Shown: piece after piece, positions 28,526 through 36,929 of the stretch
How the letters are laid out: each line of letters starts with the position of its first letter
How positions within the stretch are numbered: the stretch's first letter is position 1
Virus record (IMG/VR): IMGVR_UViG_3300014502_000004
Location: 13,564 to 77,563 of that record
Reading direction: 5' to 3' (one strand)
Source: a virus
DNA: 64,000 nt
Position numbers and translations under genes: made by a program
The notes under the pieces: model-generated
Databases searched by the model: none
What the model was told of the DNA's origin: nothing
What the model saw: only the letters and a program-made list of their open reading frames with translations

Positions 28526-28972
28526 ATGGATGTCACTGTGGAATGTACTGGACAGGAAGTAGTCAATGCTGGCAAAGGTGAAGATACTGTCAAGGAGGCA
28601 AGTGAGGTCTGCTACAGAGAATGGCTATCTAGCATGCCATTCTGCACATCTTTTGTTAGTTCCAGTGCTGGTTGGGTTAGTACAGATGATAATTATCAGA
28701 ATGATGTGTTTGAGATCTCGTTCATCATGTTTGACGGTGAAAATCAATTCAACATCGATCATAAGATCCACGAACGTGAAGATGCTTATGAAGCACTAGA
28801 AGCTATGGATCGTATTCGACGGGCTCTGGATTTTCTGGAGCGACGAATGAAGGAGTCTGGTTTTGGAAGAGAAGAAAATACAGCAGATGAGCCTCCCGCT
28901 GGTACCAAAGAACCCGGAGGAGGTACGAAGGGCAGCCCTTCTGGCGAATCAGTTTCTAAAGTTTCTGGATAA
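28526..28972 (+). CDS. Hypothetical protein
   Basis: GGAG RBS. Confidence 0.55.
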   Translation: MDVTVECTGQEVVNAGKGEDTVKEASEVCYREWLSSMPFCTSFVSSSAGWVSTDDNYQNDVFEISFIMFDGENQFNIDHKIHEREDAYEALEAMDRIRRALDFLERRMKESGFGREENTADEPPAGTKEPGGGTKGSPSGESVSKVSG

Positions 28973-29081
28973 TGAGGGGTATAGGATTGAGCTTCTTCAA
29001 ACGGAGGAGTTTCTTAGACTGACGGGGTGTCACGAGGGTGAGTTATACTTTGCGATGCGTTGCAAGGTGTTCAAGAAGTAG
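28887..29081 (+). CDS. Hypothetical protein
   Basis: Overlaps the previous ORF and fills the gap. Confidence 0.4.
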   Translation: MSLPLVPKNPEEVRRAALLANQFLKFLDNEGYRIELLQTEEFLRLTGCHEGELYFAMRCKVFKK

Positions 29082-29084
29082 GAG

Positions 29085-29288
29085 ATGACGATGCAAACTA
29101 TTATTGTTGATTCGGACAAGCATGATCCCGACAGAATCATGATCACTATAAGAGAAGCCAGTGGTTTTGGTCACACTGTCAGAGTCGAGAAGATACTTAT
29201 ACCACAGTTGATTATTGATCTAGAACATCAACTTCCAGAAGAGTCAATAGTGGTTGACGACGAAGTAGGAGATGACGATGCAGGTTAG
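29085..29288 (+). CDS. Hypothetical protein
   Basis: AGGAG RBS. Confidence 0.55.
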   Translation: MTMQTIIVDSDKHDPDRIMITIREASGFGHTVRVEKILIPQLIIDLEHQLPEESIVVDDEVGDDDAG

Positions 29289-29724
29289 ACTTTCGCCAGG
29301 TGAGTCCGTGTTTGTGACTTTTGATGATGCTGACGGGTCAGACGACGGGATCAGAATCGAGTACGATGTCAATAGAAGCAACAAGTTGGTGTTAACAGCC
29401 AGCTACGAGGACGATGACGGTAGACACGGAGAGATCTACTGTGCTACCTTCGACGACGATCCCAAAATGAACCTTGGAAAGAAGATCACTTCTGTTGCAG
29501 ATGACCGGGATGAAGTCCTCAAGGTCATCATCTGCACCAGCTGCGGGGGCAAGTTTGACTTCACCAAAGGTGAAGAGCGTTTCATGAGGACGGTTTTCAA
29601 GGACAATTATCACGATCCAGTTCGCTGCCATCGTTGCCGAAAGATTCGGATGAGCCGTCGGCAGGAGGCAGAAAAGAAAGTCGATAATGATGAAGATCAA
29701 AAAGTGCCCGGTGACGATAATTGA
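29272..29724 (+). CDS. Protein with C-terminal CxxC...CxxC zinc ribbon (zf-trcl-like)
   Basis: CTSCGGKFDFTKGEERF...PVRCHRCR. Confidence 0.7.
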   Translation: MTMQVRLSPGESVFVTFDDADGSDDGIRIEYDVNRSNKLVLTASYEDDDGRHGEIYCATFDDDPKMNLGKKITSVADDRDEVLKVIICTSCGGKFDFTKGEERFMRTVFKDNYHDPVRCHRCRKIRMSRRQEAEKKVDNDEDQKVPGDDN

Positions 29725-30400
29725 AGGATTGATTGGGTCTGGTAAATCGACGTTGGCTAATGAACTTGGTGATGCTCTAGGACCAACAACTTTGGTTCTG
29801 AAGGAGCCTGACGAGAAGGGAGCAGCCAATCCCTACCTGGCTGACTACTACAAAGACTCCAAGAGATGGTCTCTGACCATGCAGCTTCATTTGTTGGGCA
29901 AGCGTTTCAGTATGCATCAGGATGCTCAGTGGCATGCTTTGAACGGCAGAGGCCCAGCTGTTCTTGATCGAAGCTATTATGGGGACACTTCTTTTGCTCG
30001 TGTTCAGAGATCAATGGGTTTGATGTCAGAGAGGGAGTTCGAGACATACCAGGTGCTCTACCATGAGATGACAGCCTTCGTTCTCTACCCAACATTCTGT
30101 GTCAGAATACTTGTTGATCCTGAAGTATGTAACCAAAGGATTCAAAACAGGATGGAGAAGGAGCAGGGAAGGAAGTGTGAGCAGGCGATTGACCTGGACT
30201 ACCTAAGAAATCTGGACAGAGAAATAGGTCATGTGGTATCAGTATTGAGGAGTCAGGGTGTGATCATCATCGATATGCCTTGGGACACAGACAGAGAAAC
30301 CAAAGAACAGCGTGAACGTTCAGTACAAAGCTTAGCGTCTAGAATCATGTCTGTTGATCCTCCAGATATGTTCCTGGACCTTCACCGAAGGACACTTTGA
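29687..30400 (+). CDS. Deoxynucleoside kinase
   Basis: IEGLIGSGKST, EP, NPYL..YY, DRSYYGD..F, RIQNR..R..E. Confidence 0.92.
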   Translation: MMKIKKCPVTIIEGLIGSGKSTLANELGDALGPTTLVLKEPDEKGAANPYLADYYKDSKRWSLTMQLHLLGKRFSMHQDAQWHALNGRGPAVLDRSYYGDTSFARVQRSMGLMSEREFETYQVLYHEMTAFVLYPTFCVRILVDPEVCNQRIQNRMEKEQGRKCEQAIDLDYLRNLDREIGHVVSVLRSQGVIIIDMPWDTDRETKEQRERSVQSLASRIMSVDPPDMFLDLHRRTL

Positions 30401-30813
30401 TGAATCAGTACGAGACAGTTGAGATTCTTGAGAAGATCGAGGGGTTAGTTAACAACCGACCTGTTTCCTTGGCTCTTGAGCTTCAATCGAAGATCAATGA
30501 GGATGGCAGGAAGGGTAATCCCTATCCGATTTTGAAGGTGAACATCAACGGGAGAGAGCAGTTCTACTTCATCGACATTGCTGAAAAGGTCCATGAGATG
30601 CTTGGGCAGCTTCTCCCCAAGGCGCTACAGATCAAGTCTGAGCACGACGCAGCTTTCAAGTCTCGCCGGGAAGCATGGGAGAAGCGTCAGCAGAGCAACC
30701 CCAATATTGGTCAGGGACGTATTGTGGTTCCTCCCCCAGTCGAAGAGGAGCCTGCCAAGCCTCCTCGTCGGAATGGGAAGGATAGAAGGGATAGGGACGA
30801 GCAGGACGATTGA
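30397..30813 (+). CDS. Hypothetical protein
   Basis: Coupled ORF. Confidence 0.6.
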   Translation: MMNQYETVEILEKIEGLVNNRPVSLALELQSKINEDGRKGNPYPILKVNINGREQFYFIDIAEKVHEMLGQLLPKALQIKSEHDAAFKSRREAWEKRQQSNPNIGQGRIVVPPPVEEEPAKPPRRNGKDRRDRDEQDD

Positions 30814-31124
30814 TGCTTCGCCATAGTTATCGTCGCCGCCCTGGGGTGACACATGACGACAGGATAAAGGCAGCCTGGCTCCAGGCCAAGTTTTCATCTT
30901 GGCCTCCTCACATTGGAACGAAGGTAAAGATGTGGTGGCCCGAGCTACGAGGGAAGGTAGCCCTTGTAGTGGCTACGGAGCAGTACATCAAGCTGGGGTT
31001 CAAGAGCGTTCGGGTTGGCACCAACAAGGTGCGAATTCAATGTGGGGCTTTGGTGGCTCTTGTGCGAGATGTTGATGTCTTTCCTCCTGAGTTCTCCGTC
31101 AAAGACATCTTGAAGATTCTCTAG
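30810..31124 (+). CDS. Hypothetical protein
   Basis: Coupled ORF. Confidence 0.55.
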   Translation: MMLRHSYRRRPGVTHDDRIKAAWLQAKFSSWPPHIGTKVKMWWPELRGKVALVVATEQYIKLGFKSVRVGTNKVRIQCGALVALVRDVDVFPPEFSVKDILKIL

Positions 31125-31216
31125 AACCGTATTCCATACTCCATCAGCTCAATCCTCGGTGTTGTAGGCCGGCTCGTTGATCATTCTAGGTTTCTAGAAA
31201 CTGTGGCGGTCAGTGG

Positions 31217-31232
31217 ACTACGCATGCGTAGT
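31217..31232. promoter_or_regulatory. Perfect 16-bp palindrome (candidate operator)
   Basis: ACTACGCATGCGTAGT in the intergenic region upstream of the histone promoter. Confidence 0.4.
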
Positions 31233-31333
31233 TAGGGACTTACCTTAACTACTGTTGGATAACTATTTGAAGTTATTGGGATATCTTCTGTAACCTCCGT
31301 AAAATGCCTCTTTAAAAGTAGAAAGAAAGGGGC

Positions 31334-31364
31334 TGTAAAATGCCTCTCTCGTTTGTACTATAGG
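31334..31364 (+). promoter_or_regulatory. Conserved phage promoter-like motif, copy 3
   Basis: TGTAAAA-N12-TTGTACTATAGG directly upstream of GGAGG RBS and the histone gene. Confidence 0.8.
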
Positions 31365-31382
31365 ATTACAGGAGGTTGACCC

Positions 31383-31559
31383 ATGATTCTTGTTGTGGTT
31401 TCCAAGCTTAAGGCGCTTGTTAAGGCTGGAGGTCTCAGAACTTCTGCTGAATTCGTAGAAGCTCTCAACTCCAAGGTGGCAGAAATTGTGATCCAAGCTG
31501 CCCAGAATTGCAAAGAAGACGGAGATCGAAAGACGCTGAAACCAAAAGATCTGGCTTGA
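31383..31559 (+). CDS. Bacterial-type histone-fold protein (Bd0055/HBb-like), 58 aa, not in ORF track
   Basis: MILVVVSKLKALVKAGGLRTSAEFVEALNSKVAEIVIQAAQNCKEDGDRKTLKPKDLA; LVV.SK.K, TSAE and RKT...D clamp; AGGAGG RBS. Confidence 0.88.
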   Translation: MILVVVSKLKALVKAGGLRTSAEFVEALNSKVAEIVIQAAQNCKEDGDRKTLKPKDLA

Positions 31560-31568
31560 GTTTTCTAG

Positions 31569-31597
31569 TTGACACTGGAGATGGTGTTAGCTAGGGT
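31569..31597 (+). promoter_or_regulatory. sigma70-type promoter
   Basis: TTGACA-N17-TAGGGT. Confidence 0.65.
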
Positions 31598-31603
31598 GGA
31601 GTT

Positions 31604-31795
31604 TCATGGCTGCTTGGTTTGATAGCACTTTGTTCTTTCCGCTGGTGCTAGTCACCAACCTGAGGATCAATAGTGTCAGTCGGAATCAAGTTTGTTGGTA
31701 TGAGCTGTGAAGAGTTACCTAGCCCGTAGCCCTCCCACAGCTCGCCAGCAGTAGGACGGGGAGGCACACCTGGCCAAATGGTGTCTCATTTTCTT
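31604..31795 (+). ncRNA. Candidate structured sRNA or leader (~190 nt)
   Basis: Two long hairpins (GCTTGGTTT/GAATCAAGT; TGTTGGT..GAGCTGTG/CACAGCTC-GCCAGCA) plus ACACC/GGTGT stem, after its own promoter. Confidence 0.45.
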
Positions 31796-31815
31796 CTTAC
31801 TATCTGGTGAAATTG

Positions 31816-32043
31816 ATGAATCCATATGGAACATCAGAGTGGACTGATGTTGATACATCTTCTCTCATCACTGGTCTTGGCATCATCGAAGATGATCTTG
31901 TGGTCAGATTCAAAAATGGTGATGCGTATTTATATCCAGGTCTTGCATCGGATTACAAAGCTCTACTCGAAGCGTCTTCCGCCGGAGGATATTTCCATCA
32001 GTGGGTCAGAAAACAACGATGTCAAAAGTTACCTAGAGAGTGA
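31816..32043 (+). CDS. KTSC domain protein
   Basis: SSLITGLG....L.VRFKNG..Y.Y...Y.ALL.ASS.G.YF...VR. Confidence 0.85.
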   Translation: MNPYGTSEWTDVDTSSLITGLGIIEDDLVVRFKNGDAYLYPGLASDYKALLEASSAGGYFHQWVRKQRCQKLPRE

Positions 32044-32050
32044 GGAATGC

Positions 32051-32266
32051 ATGGAAGTGATTGATCTTGTCAAGAGGAGGAAGGAAGATTTGTTTTTGCT
32101 AGGGTGTGCCAGGAAGTTGTTTCCGTGTGCAGAGGTGATTATTCCTGTTCCAGATCTACCCTCTATGATCATTTCGAGAGAAGGCGGGCTTATTGCCTAC
32201 GGTTGGGTCAACGAAAAGGGGCACGCTGAGTTCAAGTTGGCGGTCCCTCACGCGGAGCTGAGCTGA
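32051..32266 (+). CDS. Hypothetical protein
   Basis: GAGG RBS, ATG 32051. Confidence 0.5.
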   Translation: MEVIDLVKRRKEDLFLLGCARKLFPCAEVIIPVPDLPSMIISREGGLIAYGWVNEKGHAEFKLAVPHAELS

Positions 32267-32556
32267 TGCTGCTGGAAGATTGTCCTCTGTGCAAGCTGAT
32301 TGCAGAAAATCGATCTTTGCAGAAGGGGAATTACTGCTGCAAGATCGATAAGGACGGTAACACTCTTGTAGTGGGTTCTGATCACAAAGCCCATGCGGGT
32401 TTCCAGGGGTATTTAGAAGCTTGTGATCTCTTGCTTGGGGATGGAAAGTCTCCAGCCAATGGCATCATCAAAGAGGTCATGGATTGGCCTGGCCATTGGG
32501 CTGTGGAGCTGAAGATCCTCAGCGAGGGTGCTGGAAAATCTATCGCAAATTCTTGA
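32266..32556 (+). CDS. Hypothetical protein (CPLC)
   Basis: Coupled ORF. Confidence 0.55.
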   Translation: MLLEDCPLCKLIAENRSLQKGNYCCKIDKDGNTLVVGSDHKAHAGFQGYLEACDLLLGDGKSPANGIIKEVMDWPGHWAVELKILSEGAGKSIANS

Positions 32557-32582
32557 CAACTTCCTAGAAACTGGCGTAAGGT
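32553..32582 (+). promoter_or_regulatory. sigma70-type promoter
   Basis: TTGACA-N18-TAAGGT. Confidence 0.5.
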
Positions 32583-32614
32583 GATCTCTCTTGGGCTAGG
32601 TAAGCGAGATCTCC

Positions 32615-32842
32615 TTGTCACTATTCGACCAAACCACCTTTCCTGTTCCATTCGTCTGTCCACATTGCAACAAGAGTCTGTGGGAAGAGAACGGGGCTGT
32701 TCCTGTTTGTGGATGCCCAGAGTCTCAGGCTGCTGAAGTGAAGTTCCGTGAGGCCAGTAAGGCTCTAGCTCGACAGAGGCAGGAACAGGAGCCCTCATTC
32801 TTTGAGATCAGAATGATGAGAAAGTTGAGGACCAGACGATGA
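32615..32842 (+). CDS. Small zinc-ribbon protein
   Basis: CPHC...CGC. Confidence 0.5.
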   Translation: MSLFDQTTFPVPFVCPHCNKSLWEENGAVPVCGCPESQAAEVKFREASKALARQRQEQEPSFFEIRMMRKLRTRR

Positions 32843-33081
32843 TGTCCATGGTGCGCTGGTTTCTGATCCTTGTCGTGTTGAGTGGTTGTGGTTCACCTTG
32901 TCCGCAAATCAAAGACACTCGCTGTTCTGGGAGTGTTGTGCAGGTTTGTGGTTCCAACAAGAAGTGGCAGCGTGTTATGGACTGCTCACAGATCAAGGTG
33001 ATCAAAGCTGGTGTGCCACAGATATGGAACTGTTCTGAGGCGCCGGGCAAAGGTTGCACCTGTGTTCCGGGAGGTAAGTGA
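32839..33081 (+). CDS. Cys-rich lipoprotein
   Basis: Signal peptide with lipobox LSG-C; 8 further Cys. Confidence 0.7.
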   Translation: MMSMVRWFLILVVLSGCGSPCPQIKDTRCSGSVVQVCGSNKKWQRVMDCSQIKVIKAGVPQIWNCSEAPGKGCTCVPGGK

Positions 33082-33671
33082 TGCTTACTCAACAGAAGGT
33101 GGAAGATTTCTGGACTTTTATGCTGGGTAAGTTTGGAAGTTCAGTTGAGCAGAAGAACGATGCTTTAGTTATGCAGGTAGCTGCGGAACTTCTCAATGCT
33201 CTGAAGATTCAGGATAAGGATCAGTTCCTGAAGGATTTCGTAACCACTCTTTTCAATACGATATACATCCCATTCATAATTGGAGTTGAGGACAGTCGTT
33301 GGTCTCTTTGGGGTCAGGTACGGGTTTGTGTTCACGAGCATCAACACGTCATTCAAGGTGGAAGGGATGGATGGGCTCAATTTAGTTCGAAGTATCTTAC
33401 TTCATCATCATTTCGAGCAGGGTGCGAGGGAGAAGCTTTTGGGTGTGATCTAGAGATGGAGTTCTGGAGAACTGGTCAGATCCTGAATATTGATCAGAGG
33501 GCTTCTGTTTTGAAGGGGTATGGGTGCAGTGATGAGGACATTGAGATGGTGAAGCAGATGTTGAACATCAGAGCTGATGTAGTGAGACAGGGTGTGATTG
33601 AAACTGAATCAGCTAAGGTTGCCATTGATTGGTTAGAGGCTCATGTAGATGGGCTACGAGAGCTTCGGTAG
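33078..33671 (+). CDS. Putative zinc metallopeptidase-like protein
   Basis: HEHQH motif plus downstream E.EA. Confidence 0.55.
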   Translation: MMLTQQKVEDFWTFMLGKFGSSVEQKNDALVMQVAAELLNALKIQDKDQFLKDFVTTLFNTIYIPFIIGVEDSRWSLWGQVRVCVHEHQHVIQGGRDGWAQFSSKYLTSSSFRAGCEGEAFGCDLEMEFWRTGQILNIDQRASVLKGYGCSDEDIEMVKQMLNIRADVVRQGVIETESAKVAIDWLEAHVDGLRELR

Positions 33672-33695
33672 ATAAACTCAGATCGGAGGAAGACC

Positions 33696-34553
33696 ATGAA
33701 GATCAAGATCCAAGGTGAAATTCCGCAGCACATCATGGAAGAGGTGGAGAAGTTGAAGCCATCCTCCGATCCTGCATATTGGGCCAAGAAGGGATGCAAG
33801 GATTGCAATGGACGGGGGGTCATTGGAACCCAGACAACCACATTGAAGGGAAACAATAAGATCACCAACAGTCTTCTCTGTGTTTGCACCAGGAAGCGAT
33901 ACAAGGTGTGGGTCGAGAAGACGGCTGCAGAGGTGAAGGCGAAGCTCAGTTCCAATAGTGAGGAGAAGATCCAGAATGAGACTGTTCCTTCCAATGGGAA
34001 TGGGAAGAAGGAAGACGGTGAGAAGGCTCTACGGATTCGTCTGGAAAGCCTTGAGGATGCCATCAGCAGTGCCCGTGTTGAGATCACTCGTGAGGATAAG
34101 GAGATCAATTCCTATCCTCACCACAAGATTCTGGAGGAGATCGGTACTCGTCAGAAGGTTGCCAATGAAGATTACCAGAAAGCAGTAGGTCAAATAGAGG
34201 GGCTAGACAAGAAGGCTACTGATCTTCTGGAGCGTTCACAGCGTCTGCTGACAGCTGCCAAGAGCCTTGCTCGTGATGCAGACATTGTGCGTCAGGAGAA
34301 GGATGCTCTCTCCAGGACCACGGTGTCTGAGTGCAGAGTGACGCTGGAAACCATCCAGGCCGAGTACCGTGGTGTAGAGAAGGATCTGAATGAAAAGACG
34401 CACAAGGCTAAGCGTCGTCGACGTATCATTCTGGACAAGTTGGACAAGTTTCTGGATAGGCGTTGCAAGGTTATCCGAGAGGCTGGTTTCGATCCCACTA
34501 CTTTCGTTGAATCCATTGCTCTTGAGACTGATGAGTCAACTTCAGATTCCTAA
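33696..34553 (+). CDS. Zinc-finger + coiled-coil protein
   Basis: CKDCNGRG...CVC, long heptad region. Confidence 0.65.
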   Translation: MKIKIQGEIPQHIMEEVEKLKPSSDPAYWAKKGCKDCNGRGVIGTQTTTLKGNNKITNSLLCVCTRKRYKVWVEKTAAEVKAKLSSNSEEKIQNETVPSNGNGKKEDGEKALRIRLESLEDAISSARVEITREDKEINSYPHHKILEEIGTRQKVANEDYQKAVGQIEGLDKKATDLLERSQRLLTAAKSLARDADIVRQEKDALSRTTVSECRVTLETIQAEYRGVEKDLNEKTHKAKRRRRIILDKLDKFLDRRCKVIREAGFDPTTFVESIALETDESTSDS

Positions 34554-34630
34554 GTGTAGTTGACAAGTTAGACTTTCACTGCAATCCTGAAACCGGATAA
34601 ATCACACCTGGTGGACAGACAGGAGGTCCT

Positions 34631-35317
34631 ATGTCGTCGTTCAACCCCAATCCCCGTGCAGGTAGTAGTCGCAGAGTCAGAGTACAGGACCCACACGGTG
34701 GGCGGAAGCACAGTCAGATCGTGGGTAGGACAGGTCCACGAGCTACTTCACTGGTGGATCTGTCAAATAAGGAAATCACTCCAGATGGTTGGAGAATTCC
34801 CATTTTTAGCGGTTCCGATTTTGATGTCAGCTACCGCTACCTCTGTGCCAGGAATAGCTCAGGTCAGGTCAAGCACGAGACGAAGGATCGAGTGGTACGT
34901 GTACTCGCTGGTCGTCTGTTCGTCATGGTCGACGGTGAGACCCAGGAGCTGAATGCCAACCAAAGCATCGCTCTTGAACGTGGTGTAGTGCATGAGATAG
35001 CTACGTCTGGTACTGAGGATGCCGAGTTGATTCTCTGCCAGAGCCATGACTACGAGAAGGATCTGCAGCAGATTGTTTCATCTAGTGCTGTGACTTCAGC
35101 AAAGATGTCACCTGTTCCAACTGCAGCTCCCCAGATATCTAGAAGATCAGAGTCGAAGGCTCTAGAACAAGCGGCTCAGTTAGGGGCGGTTCGTGAAGTG
35201 AATCGAAAGGCAGCCAGAACTCCATTCCAGGGTCGGGCTCCTCTTGCAGGTCAGCAAGTGTCTGGGCTGAATCCACGTCCTGCTGGTCCTGGTGGGTTTG
35301 GCGGTCCGGAGGATTGA
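34631..35317 (+). CDS. Cupin-domain protein
   Basis: KHE.KD....VLAG.L....G....L.......HEI; AGGAGG RBS. Confidence 0.65.
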   Translation: MSSFNPNPRAGSSRRVRVQDPHGGRKHSQIVGRTGPRATSLVDLSNKEITPDGWRIPIFSGSDFDVSYRYLCARNSSGQVKHETKDRVVRVLAGRLFVMVDGETQELNANQSIALERGVVHEIATSGTEDAELILCQSHDYEKDLQQIVSSSAVTSAKMSPVPTAAPQISRRSESKALEQAAQLGAVREVNRKAARTPFQGRAPLAGQQVSGLNPRPAGPGGFGGPED

Positions 35318-35320
35318 TCC

Positions 35321-36301
35321 ATGTACGTTCCACTGCTGCACTACATTGCGGTAGAGGGGATCGAGAAATCGTATCAAGATCCATTCACCGTGCTGATGAA
35401 GGCAGCGGTGGATCTATCCAAAGCTGATGCGAAGGCAGTGCAAAGAACGGTTGAGAGAGTAAGTGCTCAGCCTGGATTCCGAGGTAGAGTAGGATCAAGA
35501 ACTCGATCTGCTTCTTCATCGAAACCACCTGCAGATATGCCATCTGGGTTTCGTGGTAGAGTCGAAACCTCCTCAAAACCAGCAAGTATAAGTGGTGAGG
35601 CAAAGAAGCCTGCTACCATGGCTTCGCCGATAGTAATGGCAAGTGCTGCTGGTCATATTGCTAAACCAGGAGCACAGGTTGTTTCTCCCTCACGAGCTTT
35701 AGTGAGTCCTACCGGGCAGTCTGTTTCATCAAAGCAGCCGATAGAGATTCCTTCTGGTCATCGTGGTGCGGTTGATATCACACCAAAGAAACCAGTTAGT
35801 GCAATTTCAACTTCAGAGACTCCATCTTCGAGGCGCAGTGCAGAAGAAGTTCGTGCTGCACCAGTGCAGCAGAAGATGGAAGGTTTCAGATCAAAGCAAG
35901 CAGCTGTTCAAGCAGCAAGACCAAAAGCAGCTGCAGCCCAGACACCGAGTATTGCAAGTCCACCAACAAGTTCTCCTGCAGAAGCTGGTGCTGAAGAAGC
36001 AGCAAAGCCTCCTGCAAAAGTCAAAGAGAAGAAGCCTTCGCTGTTCTTTCGGCCTGAAGGTGAAGAGGCCAAGCCAACAGCTAAGAAGCGGGGCTATGCC
36101 AACATCATGGGTGCTTACTCCACTGGAGTTTCAATGTCTCCTGGTGGAGCTGGTGCAGGTGCCAGAGTTCTGAGTGTTGCTGGTTGGAAGACAGCTCTTC
36201 GTGCTCATCGGTTGTTGAATGCCCGTAGTGGAGGTGGTGGAGGAATGCGTCAGATCACCACCCAGATGGGACCACGAATTCGAACGGGATCTATGCGATG
36301 A
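35321..36301 (+). CDS. Low-complexity basic protein, putative head cargo
   Basis: N-terminal IEKS/LMKA/DLSKA motifs; GFRGRV repeats. Confidence 0.6.
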   Translation: MYVPLLHYIAVEGIEKSYQDPFTVLMKAAVDLSKADAKAVQRTVERVSAQPGFRGRVGSRTRSASSSKPPADMPSGFRGRVETSSKPASISGEAKKPATMASPIVMASAAGHIAKPGAQVVSPSRALVSPTGQSVSSKQPIEIPSGHRGAVDITPKKPVSAISTSETPSSRRSAEEVRAAPVQQKMEGFRSKQAAVQAARPKAAAAQTPSIASPPTSSPAEAGAEEAAKPPAKVKEKKPSLFFRPEGEEAKPTAKKRGYANIMGAYSTGVSMSPGGAGAGARVLSVAGWKTALRAHRLLNARSGGGGGMRQITTQMGPRIRTGSMR

Positions 36302-36927
36302 AATCAAATCCGAGATTGTATCTATTGGTGAAGGCAGGAGCAGATCAGGAATCTGGTGGCCGCACTACGATGCCTTCTGGGGGTCAGGCCAAGCGTGAAG
36401 ATGAGCACAGCTACTCTCGGCAGCCTGAAGGGGAGAGTGGTGATCCTACCGCAGACACTGCCGAGGAACGATGGCATGGTTCTGGAACCGAGACTGATGA
36501 GGATGACCCTCACAAAGATGACAATGAGCAGACTGGTGAGGAGCGGGATGTTCAGAAGGTGTGGTCCAATCCTCAGGTTCCTTTCCAGCAGAAGGATGTA
36601 GCTGAGGCTCCTGCGGAGGCACCCGGGGATGCACCTGGGGCAGCCCCCGGAGTCATTCCTGGGCAGCAGCAGGCCCCTCCAGGAGAGCAAGCTTCTGTCG
36701 TGAAGAGCCTGATGGCTCAAGCCATGAAGGCATTTGCTGGGGCTCCTCGTTTTGCTCAGGGTCCATTGGTTCCTCCTCGTGAGAAAGAGTGGCTCAAGAC
36801 TCAGGGGTATTCCCCCGATGAGATCGATTCAGGTCAGGTTCAAATCACTTCTCGAATGAGGGGTGAGTTCAATCGTTGGCTTCAAGGAACCATCAGGAAG
36901 TCTCTTGGTGGTTTGATGAGGGGATAA
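36298..36927 (+). CDS. Putative head cargo protein
   Basis: PRLYLLVKA, VVKSL and IRKSL motifs. Confidence 0.6.
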   Translation: MKSNPRLYLLVKAGADQESGGRTTMPSGGQAKREDEHSYSRQPEGESGDPTADTAEERWHGSGTETDEDDPHKDDNEQTGEERDVQKVWSNPQVPFQQKDVAEAPAEAPGDAPGAAPGVIPGQQQAPPGEQASVVKSLMAQAMKAFAGAPRFAQGPLVPPREKEWLKTQGYSPDEIDSGQVQITSRMRGEFNRWLQGTIRKSLGGLMRG

Positions 36928-36929
36928 CG

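Noticed and set aside
31604-31795. tmRNA
   Set aside because: No T-arm/CCA end and no Ala-ending tag frame
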